In this document: in pieces, positions 10,325-19,853 of the stretch
Layout of the letters: each line of letters begins with the position of its first letter
Numbering within the stretch: the stretch's first letter is position 1
Program-made: the position numbers and the translations under genes
The notes under the pieces: model-generated
The model's input: the letters and a program-made list of their open reading frames with translations, nothing else
The model's database searches: none
What the model was told of the DNA's origin: nothing
From: Nitrosopumilus sp.
GTDB lineage: Archaea; Thermoproteota; Nitrososphaeria; Nitrososphaerales; Nitrosopumilaceae
DNA length: 64,000 nt
Direction of reading: 5' to 3'
NCBI GenBank assembly: GCA_965218785.1
Contig: OZ244650.1
Coordinates: forward strand, 576,001 to 640,000

Positions 10325-10633
10325 TTGTCTGAATGGATAAAGGCGTGTAGTTTGGAGCAGGTAAAAGAAGGCCAGCTTTTTGGATTTATACACGATGAAA
10401 AGAAGATTCTCATAGCCAACATCAAGGGAAAAATCCATGCCACTGATCTTGTCTGTACACACGCAGATGCGGATCTTTCTACTGGTTTTCTCAGCGAGGA
10501 AGGCGTAAGATGTCCGCTACATCTTTCTGTTTTTAACCTAGAGGATGGAAAACCGCAGAACCTTCCTGCAGAAACGCCTCTTACAGTATATAATGTTAAA
10601 ATGGAAGGCAAGGAGATTTACGTGGAGATTTAG
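10325..10633 (+). CDS. Rieske-type [2Fe-2S] ferredoxin
   Basis: CTH...CPLH ligands. Confidence 0.92.
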   Translation: MSEWIKACSLEQVKEGQLFGFIHDEKKILIANIKGKIHATDLVCTHADADLSTGFLSEEGVRCPLHLSVFNLEDGKPQNLPAETPLTVYNVKMEGKEIYVEI

Positions 10634-10634
10634 G

Positions 10635-11879
10635 ATGCAAAGCATACAATCTATTTTTGAGAATTTGAAAAAAGACTTTCCAATACTGCAAAGAACCGTG
10701 AGGGATAACAAGCCACTTGTCTACCTTGATAATGCATCCACAACACAAAAACCAAACCAGGTAATTGACTCTATTACTGATTATTATCGAAATCATAATG
10801 CAAACATTCACAGGGCAGTGTATGCCTTGGCTGAAGAGGCCACTGAGGCATACGAGGGAACACGTGATAAAATTGCAGGTTTTCTCAACATCCCAGACCG
10901 ACGGGAAATCATCTTTGTTAGGGGGACCACCGAGGCAATCAACCTTGTTGCATATGCTTGGGGACGGTCTTGCATCAAGGAGGGCGACATTATTGTAACT
11001 ACCGAATATGAACATCACAGCAACATTGTGCCATGGCAACTTCTCATTCAGGAGAAGGGTGCAAAACTGGAATACATTGGAATGGATGATAATGGAGAAC
11101 TGATTTTAGATGATCTTGACAGGTATCTTGCAACGGGAAGAGTCAAACTTGTGACCTTTAGTTTGATGTCAAATGTTCTTGGAACAATCACTGATGCTGC
11201 CAGCATTATTGAAAAATGCAAGACGGCAGGTGTTCTCACACTAGTAGATGGCGCACAGGCAGTTCCTCACATGAAAGTTGATCTTGAAAAATTAGGATGT
11301 GACTTTTTTGCATTTTCCGGGCACAAGATGCTGGGTCCGACAGGAATCGGTGTTTTATGGGTCCGAAAATCAATCCTGGAAACTATGGACCCGTTTCATG
11401 GCGGCGGTGATATGATCAGGGAGGTTCACAAGTATGAGGCCACTTGGAATGACCTGCCATACAAATTCGAGGCAGGTACGCCAAACATTGCCGATGTCGT
11501 GGGATTAGGCGCCGCAGTTGACTATCTTACGAACATTGGAATGGAGAACATCCGAGAGCATGAAATTGAACTGACAAAATATGCCATTGATGAACTATCT
11601 AAGGTCAAGGGGCTCTTAATTTATGGTACGAAAGTTCTTTCAAAACGCGGTGGCGTGATCTCCTTTAATTTCGCAGATGTTCATCCTCATGATGTTGCGC
11701 AGATTATTGATGGGGAGGGCATTGCAGTCCGTTCCGGTCATCACTGTGCACAGGTACTAATGGAGCGGCTAGATGTCGCTGCGACATCCCGGGCCAGTTT
11801 TTACATTTACAACACCCGAGAAGACATTGACGCGCTGATCAATTCATTAAATAAAGTGGCAAAGGTGTTCAAATTATGA
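10635..11879 (+). CDS. sufS: Cysteine desulfurase
   Basis: YLDNAST, SGHKM, RSGHHCA; start placed at ATG 10635. Confidence 0.96.
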   Translation: MQSIQSIFENLKKDFPILQRTVRDNKPLVYLDNASTTQKPNQVIDSITDYYRNHNANIHRAVYALAEEATEAYEGTRDKIAGFLNIPDRREIIFVRGTTEAINLVAYAWGRSCIKEGDIIVTTEYEHHSNIVPWQLLIQEKGAKLEYIGMDDNGELILDDLDRYLATGRVKLVTFSLMSNVLGTITDAASIIEKCKTAGVLTLVDGAQAVPHMKVDLEKLGCDFFAFSGHKMLGPTGIGVLWVRKSILETMDPFHGGGDMIREVHKYEATWNDLPYKFEAGTPNIADVVGLGAAVDYLTNIGMENIREHEIELTKYAIDELSKVKGLLIYGTKVLSKRGGVISFNFADVHPHDVAQIIDGEGIAVRSGHHCAQVLMERLDVAATSRASFYIYNTREDIDALINSLNKVAKVFKL

Positions 11880-12319
11880 GTGGTAATGCCGATATTTATC
11901 ATGAAATGATTGTTGATTATTCAAGAAATCCAGTAAATTATGGAAAGATTGAAGATCACGATGTGACCTTTCATGATTCAAATCCGTTATGTGGTGACAG
12001 CATTGACATTGATATGAAAATTGATGAGAACAAAGTCACTGATATCAAATTCCATGGGAAGGGATGTGCAATTTGCATGGCATGTTCTTGTGTTTTGACT
12101 GAAATGACAAAGGGCAAAAATCTTGATGAGGTAAGAAAGTTAGAAAAAAACGATGTATTAAGCGAGCTGGGTCTTGAGCATCTTCAGGCAGTTCGAATAA
12201 AATGCGCCCTGCTGTCCCTCAAAGTACTCAAATCTGCCCTTTACACCTATCTTGGAGAACATTTGAATGATTCTCAAGACATGGATAAACTAAAAGAAGA
12301 GGCAGCAAATCTGTATTAA
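11876..12319 (+). CDS. sufU: SufU/IscU-type scaffold or sulfur-transfer protein
   Basis: NPLCGD, GCAICMA, RIKCALL motifs. Confidence 0.92.
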   Translation: MSGNADIYHEMIVDYSRNPVNYGKIEDHDVTFHDSNPLCGDSIDIDMKIDENKVTDIKFHGKGCAICMACSCVLTEMTKGKNLDEVRKLEKNDVLSELGLEHLQAVRIKCALLSLKVLKSALYTYLGEHLNDSQDMDKLKEEAANLY

Positions 12320-12320
12320 C

Positions 12321-12668
12321 ATGAGTGATTATACTCCTACAACCCCCATTGCACTCCAAATCCGAAAAATAATTTTTGAAAAATTCAATGATGTTGATGC
12401 CCGATTTTCAAATGATGAAATCTTTGAGATGCTAAAACAGACAGGTGATATTAATCCCTCTTGGATAGTCGATGACGTTGAACCCTTTTTCAATGATATT
12501 TGTGATTTGGGCCTTGTAAGAAACATTGCGCAGAACTTTACCACCATCTGGCTAAAGCTGTTTGATCCTGTTGAAAAACTACATTGTAATACCTGCAATC
12601 AGGACATTTACCTTGGAGCATCTGAGGAGAGGACATGCCCTGACCCCTCCTGCAAATCCTCTATTTAG
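12321..12668 (+). CDS. Hypothetical protein: probable winged helix plus C-terminal Zn-ribbon
   Basis: CNTC...CPDPSC cysteine pairs; starts 1 nt after sufU. Confidence 0.65.
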   Translation: MSDYTPTTPIALQIRKIIFEKFNDVDARFSNDEIFEMLKQTGDINPSWIVDDVEPFFNDICDLGLVRNIAQNFTTIWLKLFDPVEKLHCNTCNQDIYLGASEERTCPDPSCKSSI

Positions 12669-13869
12669 ATCTGTATTTTTTTGCGGCCTCTTCAAGTGCG
12701 TTAATCATCGGTAGCTTCTCACCTGTAAGATAAAGTACCAATGCCCCGCCTGCAGTGCTAACATGATTAATTTTATCTGCCAATCCCTGCTGTTTTAATG
12801 CCGTTGTCAAGTGACCGCCACTTACAATTGTTGTTGCCATAGAGTTTGCAACTGATTTGAGCAATTCTTTTGTACCATAGCTGAAATTTTCTTTTTCAAA
12901 AAATCCAGCAGGTCCGCTGATAAACACGGTTCCTGCACCAGAAATTAATTTTGAATAATATTCTATGGTCTTTGGACCCAAATCAAAAATTTTGTCCCCC
13001 CTGTCCATCTCCCTTACGTCCATCTCTATTCTTTCACCGTCCTTGTCAATTGCGATATCTACCGGTGTTGCAAAAACATCTGGATACTCTCCAATCAGCG
13101 CATGTGCCTTTGCTACTGCCTCTTCTTCTCTTTTTATGCCAAGCGAGGATTTGATTCGGGCCTGTGCACGCATAAACACATTTCCAATCAATCCTGTCAG
13201 CAGAACATGATCTGCACGGCCGTTTTGAATCAATAGCTTGATTGCCTCAAGTCTGTCTAGTATTTTTGAGCCTCCAAGCACAATAACATGCGGTGCCTTG
13301 GCAACAGTCATTATCTCATCTAGGTTTTGAACCTCTCTTTGAACAATTCTTCCTGCACATGCCGGCAGAACCTGTGGAAATCCAATAATTGACGGGTGTG
13401 ATCTGTGCGCACTTGGAAACGAGTCCAACACACAAAGATCAAATAACTTGGACAAACGGCTGACCATTATTGTTTTGGCCGCATCTTCTGGTAAAAATTC
13501 ATAATTTTCTTCAGCACATAATCGCAGATTATCTAAAAGCAGAATGTCCCCATCCTCCAGACCCTTGATTGCGTTTTGTGCAGCTTCTCCAATCACGTCT
13601 TCTACGTATTTTATTTTTTTATTCATTAATTTTTCCAGAACTTTTGCATGTTTGTCCATTCCAGTATAATCTTTATTTCCGACCCTTCCCTGGTGTGAGG
13701 CCACTACCACCCTTGCATCTTTTAATGATTCTAATGTTTCAACGGCCTCTTCAATTCTTTTTATACCCAGAATTTCCATCGTTTCTGGATCAATTGGACA
13801 ATTCATGTCGATTCTAAGAAAAACAGTCTTGCCCTTTAGGTCAAAATCATCTAATGTGAGTACCTTCAC
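12661..13869 (-). CDS. pgk: Phosphoglycerate kinase
   Basis: RIDMNCP, SHQGR, LDNLR, STAGGA; start placed at GTG 13869. Confidence 0.96.
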   Translation of the reverse strand: MKVLTLDDFDLKGKTVFLRIDMNCPIDPETMEILGIKRIEEAVETLESLKDARVVVASHQGRVGNKDYTGMDKHAKVLEKLMNKKIKYVEDVIGEAAQNAIKGLEDGDILLLDNLRLCAEENYEFLPEDAAKTIMVSRLSKLFDLCVLDSFPSAHRSHPSIIGFPQVLPACAGRIVQREVQNLDEIMTVAKAPHVIVLGGSKILDRLEAIKLLIQNGRADHVLLTGLIGNVFMRAQARIKSSLGIKREEEAVAKAHALIGEYPDVFATPVDIAIDKDGERIEMDVREMDRGDKIFDLGPKTIEYYSKLISGAGTVFISGPAGFFEKENFSYGTKELLKSVANSMATTIVSGGHLTTALKQQGLADKINHVSTAGGALVLYLTGEKLPMINALEEAAKKYRSK

Positions 13870-14010
13870 GCCTTTTCTATTATACACTTGGTTAAATTCT
13901 TTGAGTCGATCAGAATTATTTTCCCAAATCCTAATTCCAGACAATGGTTTGCAGTTATGAAAATTACCCATTGACAAAAATTAAAAGCAACATACTTGGG
14001 GTTTAATTAA

Positions 14011-14679
14011 TTGCAAAACTGGATTTTTGATATTAGGTCACGCTCTTTTGTATTGCTGGTAATTTTATTTATGATTCTTACTGCTTTTGTATATTATCAG
14101 GTAACTGAAAGTTTTGATCAAGGTGTCATCTTTTTCTTTTCACAAAATGTTGGAAATCCCACACTTGATACCATTATGCAGTATGTCACAGAAAGTGGAG
14201 ATGTCTTTAACATGATGGCATTTGGAATACTGTTGTTAATTATTCCAAAAACCCGCAGAATTGGAATTACTTTGATGATTCTAATCGTATTTTCAACCCT
14301 CCTTACCGGTTACATCAAATGTGGCGTTGATAGGGACAGACCTGATTTTGAGTATGAGGGTACGCCATTTCCCATTGAAATCAGCCGTGATACATTTGCC
14401 CTGTTTTGTGAGGGCAGCATTAATGCTTCATATCCTTCCGGCCATGCGGCTCGAGCCATAATATTTGGCGTACTGCTGGGATATGCCCTTTCAGAACGAT
14501 TCCCTAGGGGGGCATATCTGCTATTGTTATATCCTGTAATGATCTCAATTAGTAGAATCTACGTCCTACAACATTATCCAATGGACGTCATAGGAGGAAC
14601 CGTCATTGGTATGATGCTTGTTGGAGTAATGGCAAAGAGAACAAAACTTTACAAAATTTTTGACAAATCAAAGACCTAG
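14011..14679 (+). CDS. PAP2-family membrane phosphatase
   Basis: K..V.RDRP, SYPSGH, SRIYVLQHYPMDV motifs. Confidence 0.92.
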   Translation: MQNWIFDIRSRSFVLLVILFMILTAFVYYQVTESFDQGVIFFFSQNVGNPTLDTIMQYVTESGDVFNMMAFGILLLIIPKTRRIGITLMILIVFSTLLTGYIKCGVDRDRPDFEYEGTPFPIEISRDTFALFCEGSINASYPSGHAARAIIFGVLLGYALSERFPRGAYLLLLYPVMISISRIYVLQHYPMDVIGGTVIGMMLVGVMAKRTKLYKIFDKSKT

Positions 14680-14976
14680 TTCCGTTAGTGCGGCATTACT
14701 TATCAGAACTATCGCATAATGCTCTTTATCGTGATGATATGTCCAATATCTGACATTTCTGGCTTCGCCTTTCTGTCTTAATCCGTGAGTTACCCCGGTT
14801 GTAACTGTGTATCCGATTCTTTTTGCAATTTTTGATTCTTTTGGCATCAAGACCCTGTATCCTTCTTTTTTATTAAATCCCGTATTGATCATGTCCTCAA
14901 CTGCATCTGAGGCATCCTTTTCGTCTTTTAGATCATATGTTTTTGATACCGGTAAATCTTTTGGATGAAAATCCAT
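14668..14976 (-). CDS. Hypothetical protein
   Basis: Clean ATG ORF filling the gap, AT-rich upstream region. Confidence 0.7.
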   Translation of the reverse strand: MDFHPKDLPVSKTYDLKDEKDASDAVEDMINTGFNKKEGYRVLMPKESKIAKRIGYTVTTGVTHGLRQKGEARNVRYWTYHHDKEHYAIVLISNAALTELGL

Positions 14977-15112
14977 AATTTTGATGAATTCTCTTTACTA
15001 ATATTTTTTAAAAAATTGATTTTAGCGATCAAAGTTGGTTAATTTTCTTAACTGCTAAGTCAATTCCTGATCATATCTATAACTTAACCGATTCATCTGC
15101 CTTGATTGAATA

Positions 15113-16345
15113 TTGACATCGTTAGAAAAGTTGGTAGTTCAGCTGAGAGACAAAAAGCAGAAAGCGACAAATCTTAGAAAAAAAGCTGAAAAACAGCTAG
15201 GGGAGATCCGTTCTGCTGAGAGGCACTCCTCTTCTGGTCTGAATACACTATCTAGAAAAATTGAATCTGAGCGCGAAGATATCTCTGATGTATCTGCCAT
15301 TTTGAATCAAAAAAACTCCCAATTGAAAAGTATTGAAAGATTGCTAAGTGCAGCAAATGACCGTCTGTCACAAGAAAAAGAGGCAGTAGAGCAGACTCGA
15401 CAAGAAATTGAATTTGCTGAAAATCCTGAGGAAAAACAGAATGCTGAAATTAAATTACGCTTCTTAAATGATCATATTCAGGAATTAATTTTTGAGATTA
15501 AAAGCAGGGAAAAAACAGCTAAAAAAATTACAGAAAATGTTGCAAAGTTTGATGATGCCAAATCAAAGATTTCATCAAAAATCCAAAGACAGTCCAAATC
15601 AAAATCTTCCATGCGTAAGACGATGACTGTGAGTCACAAAACTGTTGAGAAATTTGTCCGACAATTAGAATCAAAAACAAGGGCAGAGGAATCTGCTAAA
15701 AAAGCATTAGATGCTGCATCTGCAAAATTACGAGAATTTTTGGTTAAAAAACACAAGATGTCTAAAAAGAGACCTGTAAAGAAAGCAGCTAAAAAGAAAT
15801 CTGTAAAGAAAGCAGCTAAAAAGAAAACAGCAAAGAGAACAACTAGAAAGAAAACAGCTAAAAAGAAAACGACTAAAAAGAAACCAGCAAAGAGAACAGC
15901 TAAAAGGAAGGCGGCAAAGAGAATAGCTAAAAGGAAAGTGACTAAAAAGAAACCAGCAAAGAGAACAGCTAAAAAGAAAGTAGCAAAGAGAACAGCTAAA
16001 AAGAGAACAGCTAAAAAGAAAGTAGCAAAGAGAACAGCTAAAAAGAAAGTAGCAAAGAGAACAGCTAAAAAGAAAGTAGCAAAGAGAACAGCTAAAAAGA
16101 AAGTAGCAAAGAGAACAGCTAAAAAGAAAGTAGCAAAGAGAACAGCTAAAAAGAAAGTAGCAAAGAGAACAGCTAAAAAGAAAGTAGCAAAGAGAACAGC
16201 TAAAAAGAAAGTAGCAAAGAGAACAGCTAAAAAGAAAGTAGCAAAGAGAACAGCTAAAAAGAAAGTAGCAAAGAGAACAGCTAAAAAGAAAGCGACTAAA
16301 AAGAAACCCGTAAAGAAAGCAGCTAAAAAGAAATCCAGACGTTAG
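15113..16345 (+). CDS. Coiled-coil protein with histone-H1-like Lys/Arg/Ala-rich C-terminal tail
   Basis: ~210 aa E/K/Q-rich heptad region followed by ~195 aa of KKAAKKK/KRTAKKKVA repeats. Confidence 0.85.
   Translation: MTSLEKLVVQLRDKKQKATNLRKKAEKQLGEIRSAERHSSSGLNTLSRKIESEREDISDVSAILNQKNSQLKSIERLLSAANDRLSQEKEAVEQTRQEIEFAENPEEKQNAEIKLRFLNDHIQELIFEIKSREKTAKKITENVAKFDDAKSKISSKIQRQSKSKSSMRKTMTVSHKTVEKFVRQLESKTRAEESAKKALDAASAKLREFLVKKHKMSKKRPVKKAAKKKSVKKAAKKKTAKRTTRKKTAKKKTTKKKPAKRTAKRKAAKRIAKRKVTKKKPAKRTAKKKVAKRTAKKRTAKKKVAKRTAKKKVAKRTAKKKVAKRTAKKKVAKRTAKKKVAKRTAKKKVAKRTAKKKVAKRTAKKKVAKRTAKKKVAKRTAKKKVAKRTAKKKATKKKPVKKAAKKKSRR
16001..16292 (+). repeat. 27-bp coding tandem repeat (KRTAKKKVA), 10 identical units plus a partial unit
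   Basis: aagagaacagctaaaaagaaagtagca x10 at 16001-16270; another copy at 15959-15985. Confidence 0.97.
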
Positions 16346-16414
16346 TTCCCTTAAAAATTAATTGGCATGCAGCCAATTTTCAGATTATAAAAATAATTAA
16401 AATTATGGTGGAAA

Positions 16415-16729
16415 TTATTGAGGATTAACTTCCATCTGACCAAATTTACCTTTTGTTAAGGATACCTCTCCTTTGAATTCATTGGTGTATCCGTTTGTGA
16501 TGACAACCACATCTCCAATATTTACTGTTTTAATGTCGTCGCCCCACAATGTCAGTTTCATTTGGTCTTCTTCTGTTTCGCCGTCAGATATTACCGCATC
16601 ACATACGTCCACGGTTCCTCCGTTTTTGAGATTTACCGTTCTTGGGTCTCCCTTACTTTTAACTTCGGCTTTTGCATTAACTCCACTTCGCATTTTTCTT
16701 GCTTGTGAAATTGGTATATATTCTACCAT
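16415..16729 (-). CDS. ssb: Single OB-fold ssDNA-binding protein
   Basis: MKLTLWGDD, ITNGYTNEFKGEVSL motifs of crenarchaeal-type SSB/RPA. Confidence 0.85.
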   Translation of the reverse strand: MVEYIPISQARKMRSGVNAKAEVKSKGDPRTVNLKNGGTVDVCDAVISDGETEEDQMKLTLWGDDIKTVNIGDVVVITNGYTNEFKGEVSLTKGKFGQMEVNPQ

Positions 16730-16850
16730 GTATTTTTGAATCAAATTCACATGATTATAAGCTTTGTTAAAAACTCTACAAAGCATGGATCTTTTTTTTT
16801 AATTTACCCTAATAGTAATCGAAAAATATTAGTCATTACCCAATCTCATT

Positions 16851-16954
16851 GCAGAGGTATCGAAGCCCGGTCAACCGAGAGGGACTCAAGATCCTCAAAA
16901 TAGGAAATCCCTTCTCTTAGGAGTTCGTGGGTTCGAATCCCACCCTCTGCACCA
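16851..16954 (+). tRNA. tRNA-Leu(CAA) with a ~16-nt intron at 37/38 (16891-16906) and encoded CCA
   Basis: Acceptor stem GCAGAGG/CCTCTGC, anticodon stem AGGGA/TCCCT, CAA at 16887-16889, long variable arm, GTTCGAATC T-loop. Confidence 0.92.
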
Positions 16955-17296
16955 AATTTTACTCAGTTATTCGGGAAAATTTCAGAAATTAGGCGACTAG
17001 GACCTTTATTTTGGTAATGGAATGCTTTGAAATTTGTTTGTGTATCTCAGCTAATTGCTTGTCCTTGAAAGACAGATTGCATCTAAAACACTTCCAAACT
17101 ATCTCGGACATGGTTAAATACATGCATAAATCATTTATAAAGATATTGGATAATTGATCCTATTAGTTGCAATACCTGATTATTGTCTTGAAAAAGTTGT
17201 AATTCTTTTAATTTATTGCATGATAATGAAATTTTCTTCTGACTGGAGATAAATCCAAGGGTTTAGAAACAAAAAAGGCAACATAATCTTAGAAGC

Positions 17297-17917
17297 ATGG
17301 TGGATTTTTTTGAAATTTTTGGCGAGTATTCGTATTTTGGAATCTTCCTAGTTCTGATTGGAGTAAACGCCGCCCCCATCTTGATGCCACCAAGCTGGAT
17401 TGTCCTGACATCGTTTTATCTCCTTGACCCCAGCTTGAATATTGTCATTCTTGCCATGGTGGGTGCAACCGGGGCAACTATTGGCAGATTTTTTCTAAAA
17501 ATGATCAGTGGTGTATTTAGAAAATTTGCTGGAGAAGAGCAGAAATCAAATCTTGACATTATTGGAAATTACCTGAGCCACAAAAAATACGGTTATGTTG
17601 TGACATCCTTTCTATTTGGAGCCACGCCCCTCCCAAGCAATTTCCTGTTTATCGCTTATGGCTTGATGCGCGCAAAGAACATGGGAATCTATGTTGGATT
17701 CTGGTTTGGCAGAGTCATTTCCTACATAATTATGATATACTTTGGAAACGCGGTCCTGACCCCATTTCTGGAAATATTTGAAGATCGTCTTGTCGGAATC
17801 TTGCTAATTGACGGTGTGGGAATCGGCGTGATTGTTCTTTTTGCATCAATTAACTGGACAATTTTAATTACTAAGAGAAAAATAAAATTTGTCAAACCAA
17901 AAATATGGCGATTCTAA
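17297..17917 (+). CDS. Membrane protein, DedA/VTT-like
   Basis: Hydrophobic; GATGATIGR and ATPLPSN motifs. Confidence 0.7.
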   Translation: MVDFFEIFGEYSYFGIFLVLIGVNAAPILMPPSWIVLTSFYLLDPSLNIVILAMVGATGATIGRFFLKMISGVFRKFAGEEQKSNLDIIGNYLSHKKYGYVVTSFLFGATPLPSNFLFIAYGLMRAKNMGIYVGFWFGRVISYIIMIYFGNAVLTPFLEIFEDRLVGILLIDGVGIGVIVLFASINWTILITKRKIKFVKPKIWRF

Positions 17918-18538
17918 ATGAAAGTTCTCGATTCTCTTAAACGTGATGTAAAAAAAAGAATGGAAAATGACTCTGCGCATGATTTTGGACATATCCTCAG
18001 GGTATACAATAACGCACAAAAAATCTGCAAAAAAGAAAGGGCAAATGAGCGACTGGTTCTTTGTGCCGCACTACTCCATGATCTGGTCTCTTATCCCAAA
18101 TCTGACCGACGCTCAAAAACCTCCTCAATTGAGAGTGCAAAAAAATCACGACAAATACTCAAAAAATATGATTTTAACAAAGAGGAAATCACTATAATCT
18201 CTGATGCAATTCGTGATCACAGCTTTTCACAAAGCAGGACTCCTAAAACCATTGAAGGAAAAATTCTCCAGGATGCCGATAGACTGGATGCGCTGGGTGC
18301 GATAGGTATTGCAAGGGTTTTTGCCACAGGCGGTTCCCTTAAACGGCCGTTTTACAACACTGATGATCCTTTTTGCAAAAAAAGAAAGCCTAATGATCAA
18401 ATCTGGACAGTTGATCATTTTTTTCAAAAATTACTAAAGCTAGAATCACTAATGAACACAAAATCTGGAAGAACAGAGGCAAAAAAGAGAACCGGGGTAC
18501 TAAAGGAGTATCTAAAACAGCTGCGGCGGGAACTTTAA
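17918..18538 (+). CDS. HD-domain phosphohydrolase
   Basis: AHDFGH, LLHD, QDADRLDALGAIGIAR motifs. Confidence 0.92.
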   Translation: MKVLDSLKRDVKKRMENDSAHDFGHILRVYNNAQKICKKERANERLVLCAALLHDLVSYPKSDRRSKTSSIESAKKSRQILKKYDFNKEEITIISDAIRDHSFSQSRTPKTIEGKILQDADRLDALGAIGIARVFATGGSLKRPFYNTDDPFCKKRKPNDQIWTVDHFFQKLLKLESLMNTKSGRTEAKKRTGVLKEYLKQLRREL

Positions 18539-18846
18539 CCGTAATCGACGTATCTGTCATATCGTTTTTCGATCTCATTGTTTTCCCCAGATAATATCTT
18601 CTCATACACTTCTTTTTTCCTAGATTCGATATATCTGATAATTTCTGCAAAATTCTCTTCTTTCGGATACGATTCAAATACCGGTTCTATTTTCTTTAGA
18701 AATTCCAGAGTTTTTTCCCGATATTCCTCTCTTGTGGGTTTTTTGATCCCCTTCATTCGAAACCAGACTGATGTCCAACTTGAACCCACAACATGTGGTA
18801 GCAGGTCAAAGGCCCTTTCAATCTCATAACGTTCGTCGTTTCTCAT
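18535..18846 (-). CDS. Hypothetical protein
   Basis: ATGA overlap with hemB; plausible amino-acid composition. Confidence 0.75.
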   Translation of the reverse strand: MRNDERYEIERAFDLLPHVVGSSWTSVWFRMKGIKKPTREEYREKTLEFLKKIEPVFESYPKEENFAEIIRYIESRKKEVYEKILSGENNEIEKRYDRYVDYG

Positions 18847-19823
18847 GATTCCTGAAGAAATTTTGCGGCTGATTTTGCAAAATACGTGACTATCATATCA
18901 GCTCCTGCCCTCTTGATGGAATACAGAATCTCCTCTGTAATGTCTTTTTCATTTACGTATCCCTGCCGTGCTGCCGCTTTTACCAGTGCATATTCTCCTG
19001 AAACACTGTATGCTGAAACTGGGATGTCAAATCTTTTTCTTGTTTCTGCTATCAAATCCAAATAAGCCAATGCTGGTTTTATCATTACAATATCCACTCC
19101 CTCGTTAATGTCCGTCTCAACTTCCATCATTGCTTCTCTGGCATTTGTGTATGGAACTTGGTATGTCTTTCTGTCTCCGAACTTTGGTGCACATTCTGCG
19201 GCATCCCTAAATGGCGCATAAAAGTTTGAGCGATGTTTGGCAGAGTGCGACATTATTGAAACATCGGTGTATCCATTCTCATCAAGTGCCTTTCTGATTG
19301 CAGCTACCTGGCCGTCCATCATTGCAGATGGCGATACAGTATCGACACCTGCCTTTGCTTGACTAACAGCTGTTTTTGAAAGTATCTCAAGACTGGCGTC
19401 ATTATCAATTTTATTTCCCTGAATAACTCCACAGTGCCCAGTTGATGTAAACTGACATAGACAGACATCTGCCATTATGCATATTCTGTCTCCAAAATTT
19501 TCCCTGATTTGAGAAATTGCCCTTTGAACAACTCCCTTCTCATCAAATGCAGAAGATCCCACATCGTCTTTTTTTGCCGGAATCCCAAATAACATGATTG
19601 CAGGAATTCCCAAATCAGTGATTGCCCCCACCTCGCCATTGAGATCCTCTAGTGGGAGTCTTTCTATCTCCGACATTGATTCTATCTTGACTCTCTTTTT
19701 CAGATCTTCTTGAACAAACACCGGGCAGATGAAATCCTTTGGGGAAAGCCTGGTCTGCTGAACCAACTCCCTCATTTTTTCTGAGGTTCTCAGTCTACGA
19801 AGTCGCCTGGCAGGAAATGACAT
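18843..19823 (-). CDS. hemB: Porphobilinogen synthase
   Basis: DVCLCQFTSTGHCG, SPSAMMDG, MIKPA motifs. Confidence 0.97.
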   Translation of the reverse strand: MSFPARRLRRLRTSEKMRELVQQTRLSPKDFICPVFVQEDLKKRVKIESMSEIERLPLEDLNGEVGAITDLGIPAIMLFGIPAKKDDVGSSAFDEKGVVQRAISQIRENFGDRICIMADVCLCQFTSTGHCGVIQGNKIDNDASLEILSKTAVSQAKAGVDTVSPSAMMDGQVAAIRKALDENGYTDVSIMSHSAKHRSNFYAPFRDAAECAPKFGDRKTYQVPYTNAREAMMEVETDINEGVDIVMIKPALAYLDLIAETRKRFDIPVSAYSVSGEYALVKAAARQGYVNEKDITEEILYSIKRAGADMIVTYFAKSAAKFLQES

Positions 19824-19853
19824 GTTGGAATTCTCTTTGGGTAAAATATAATC

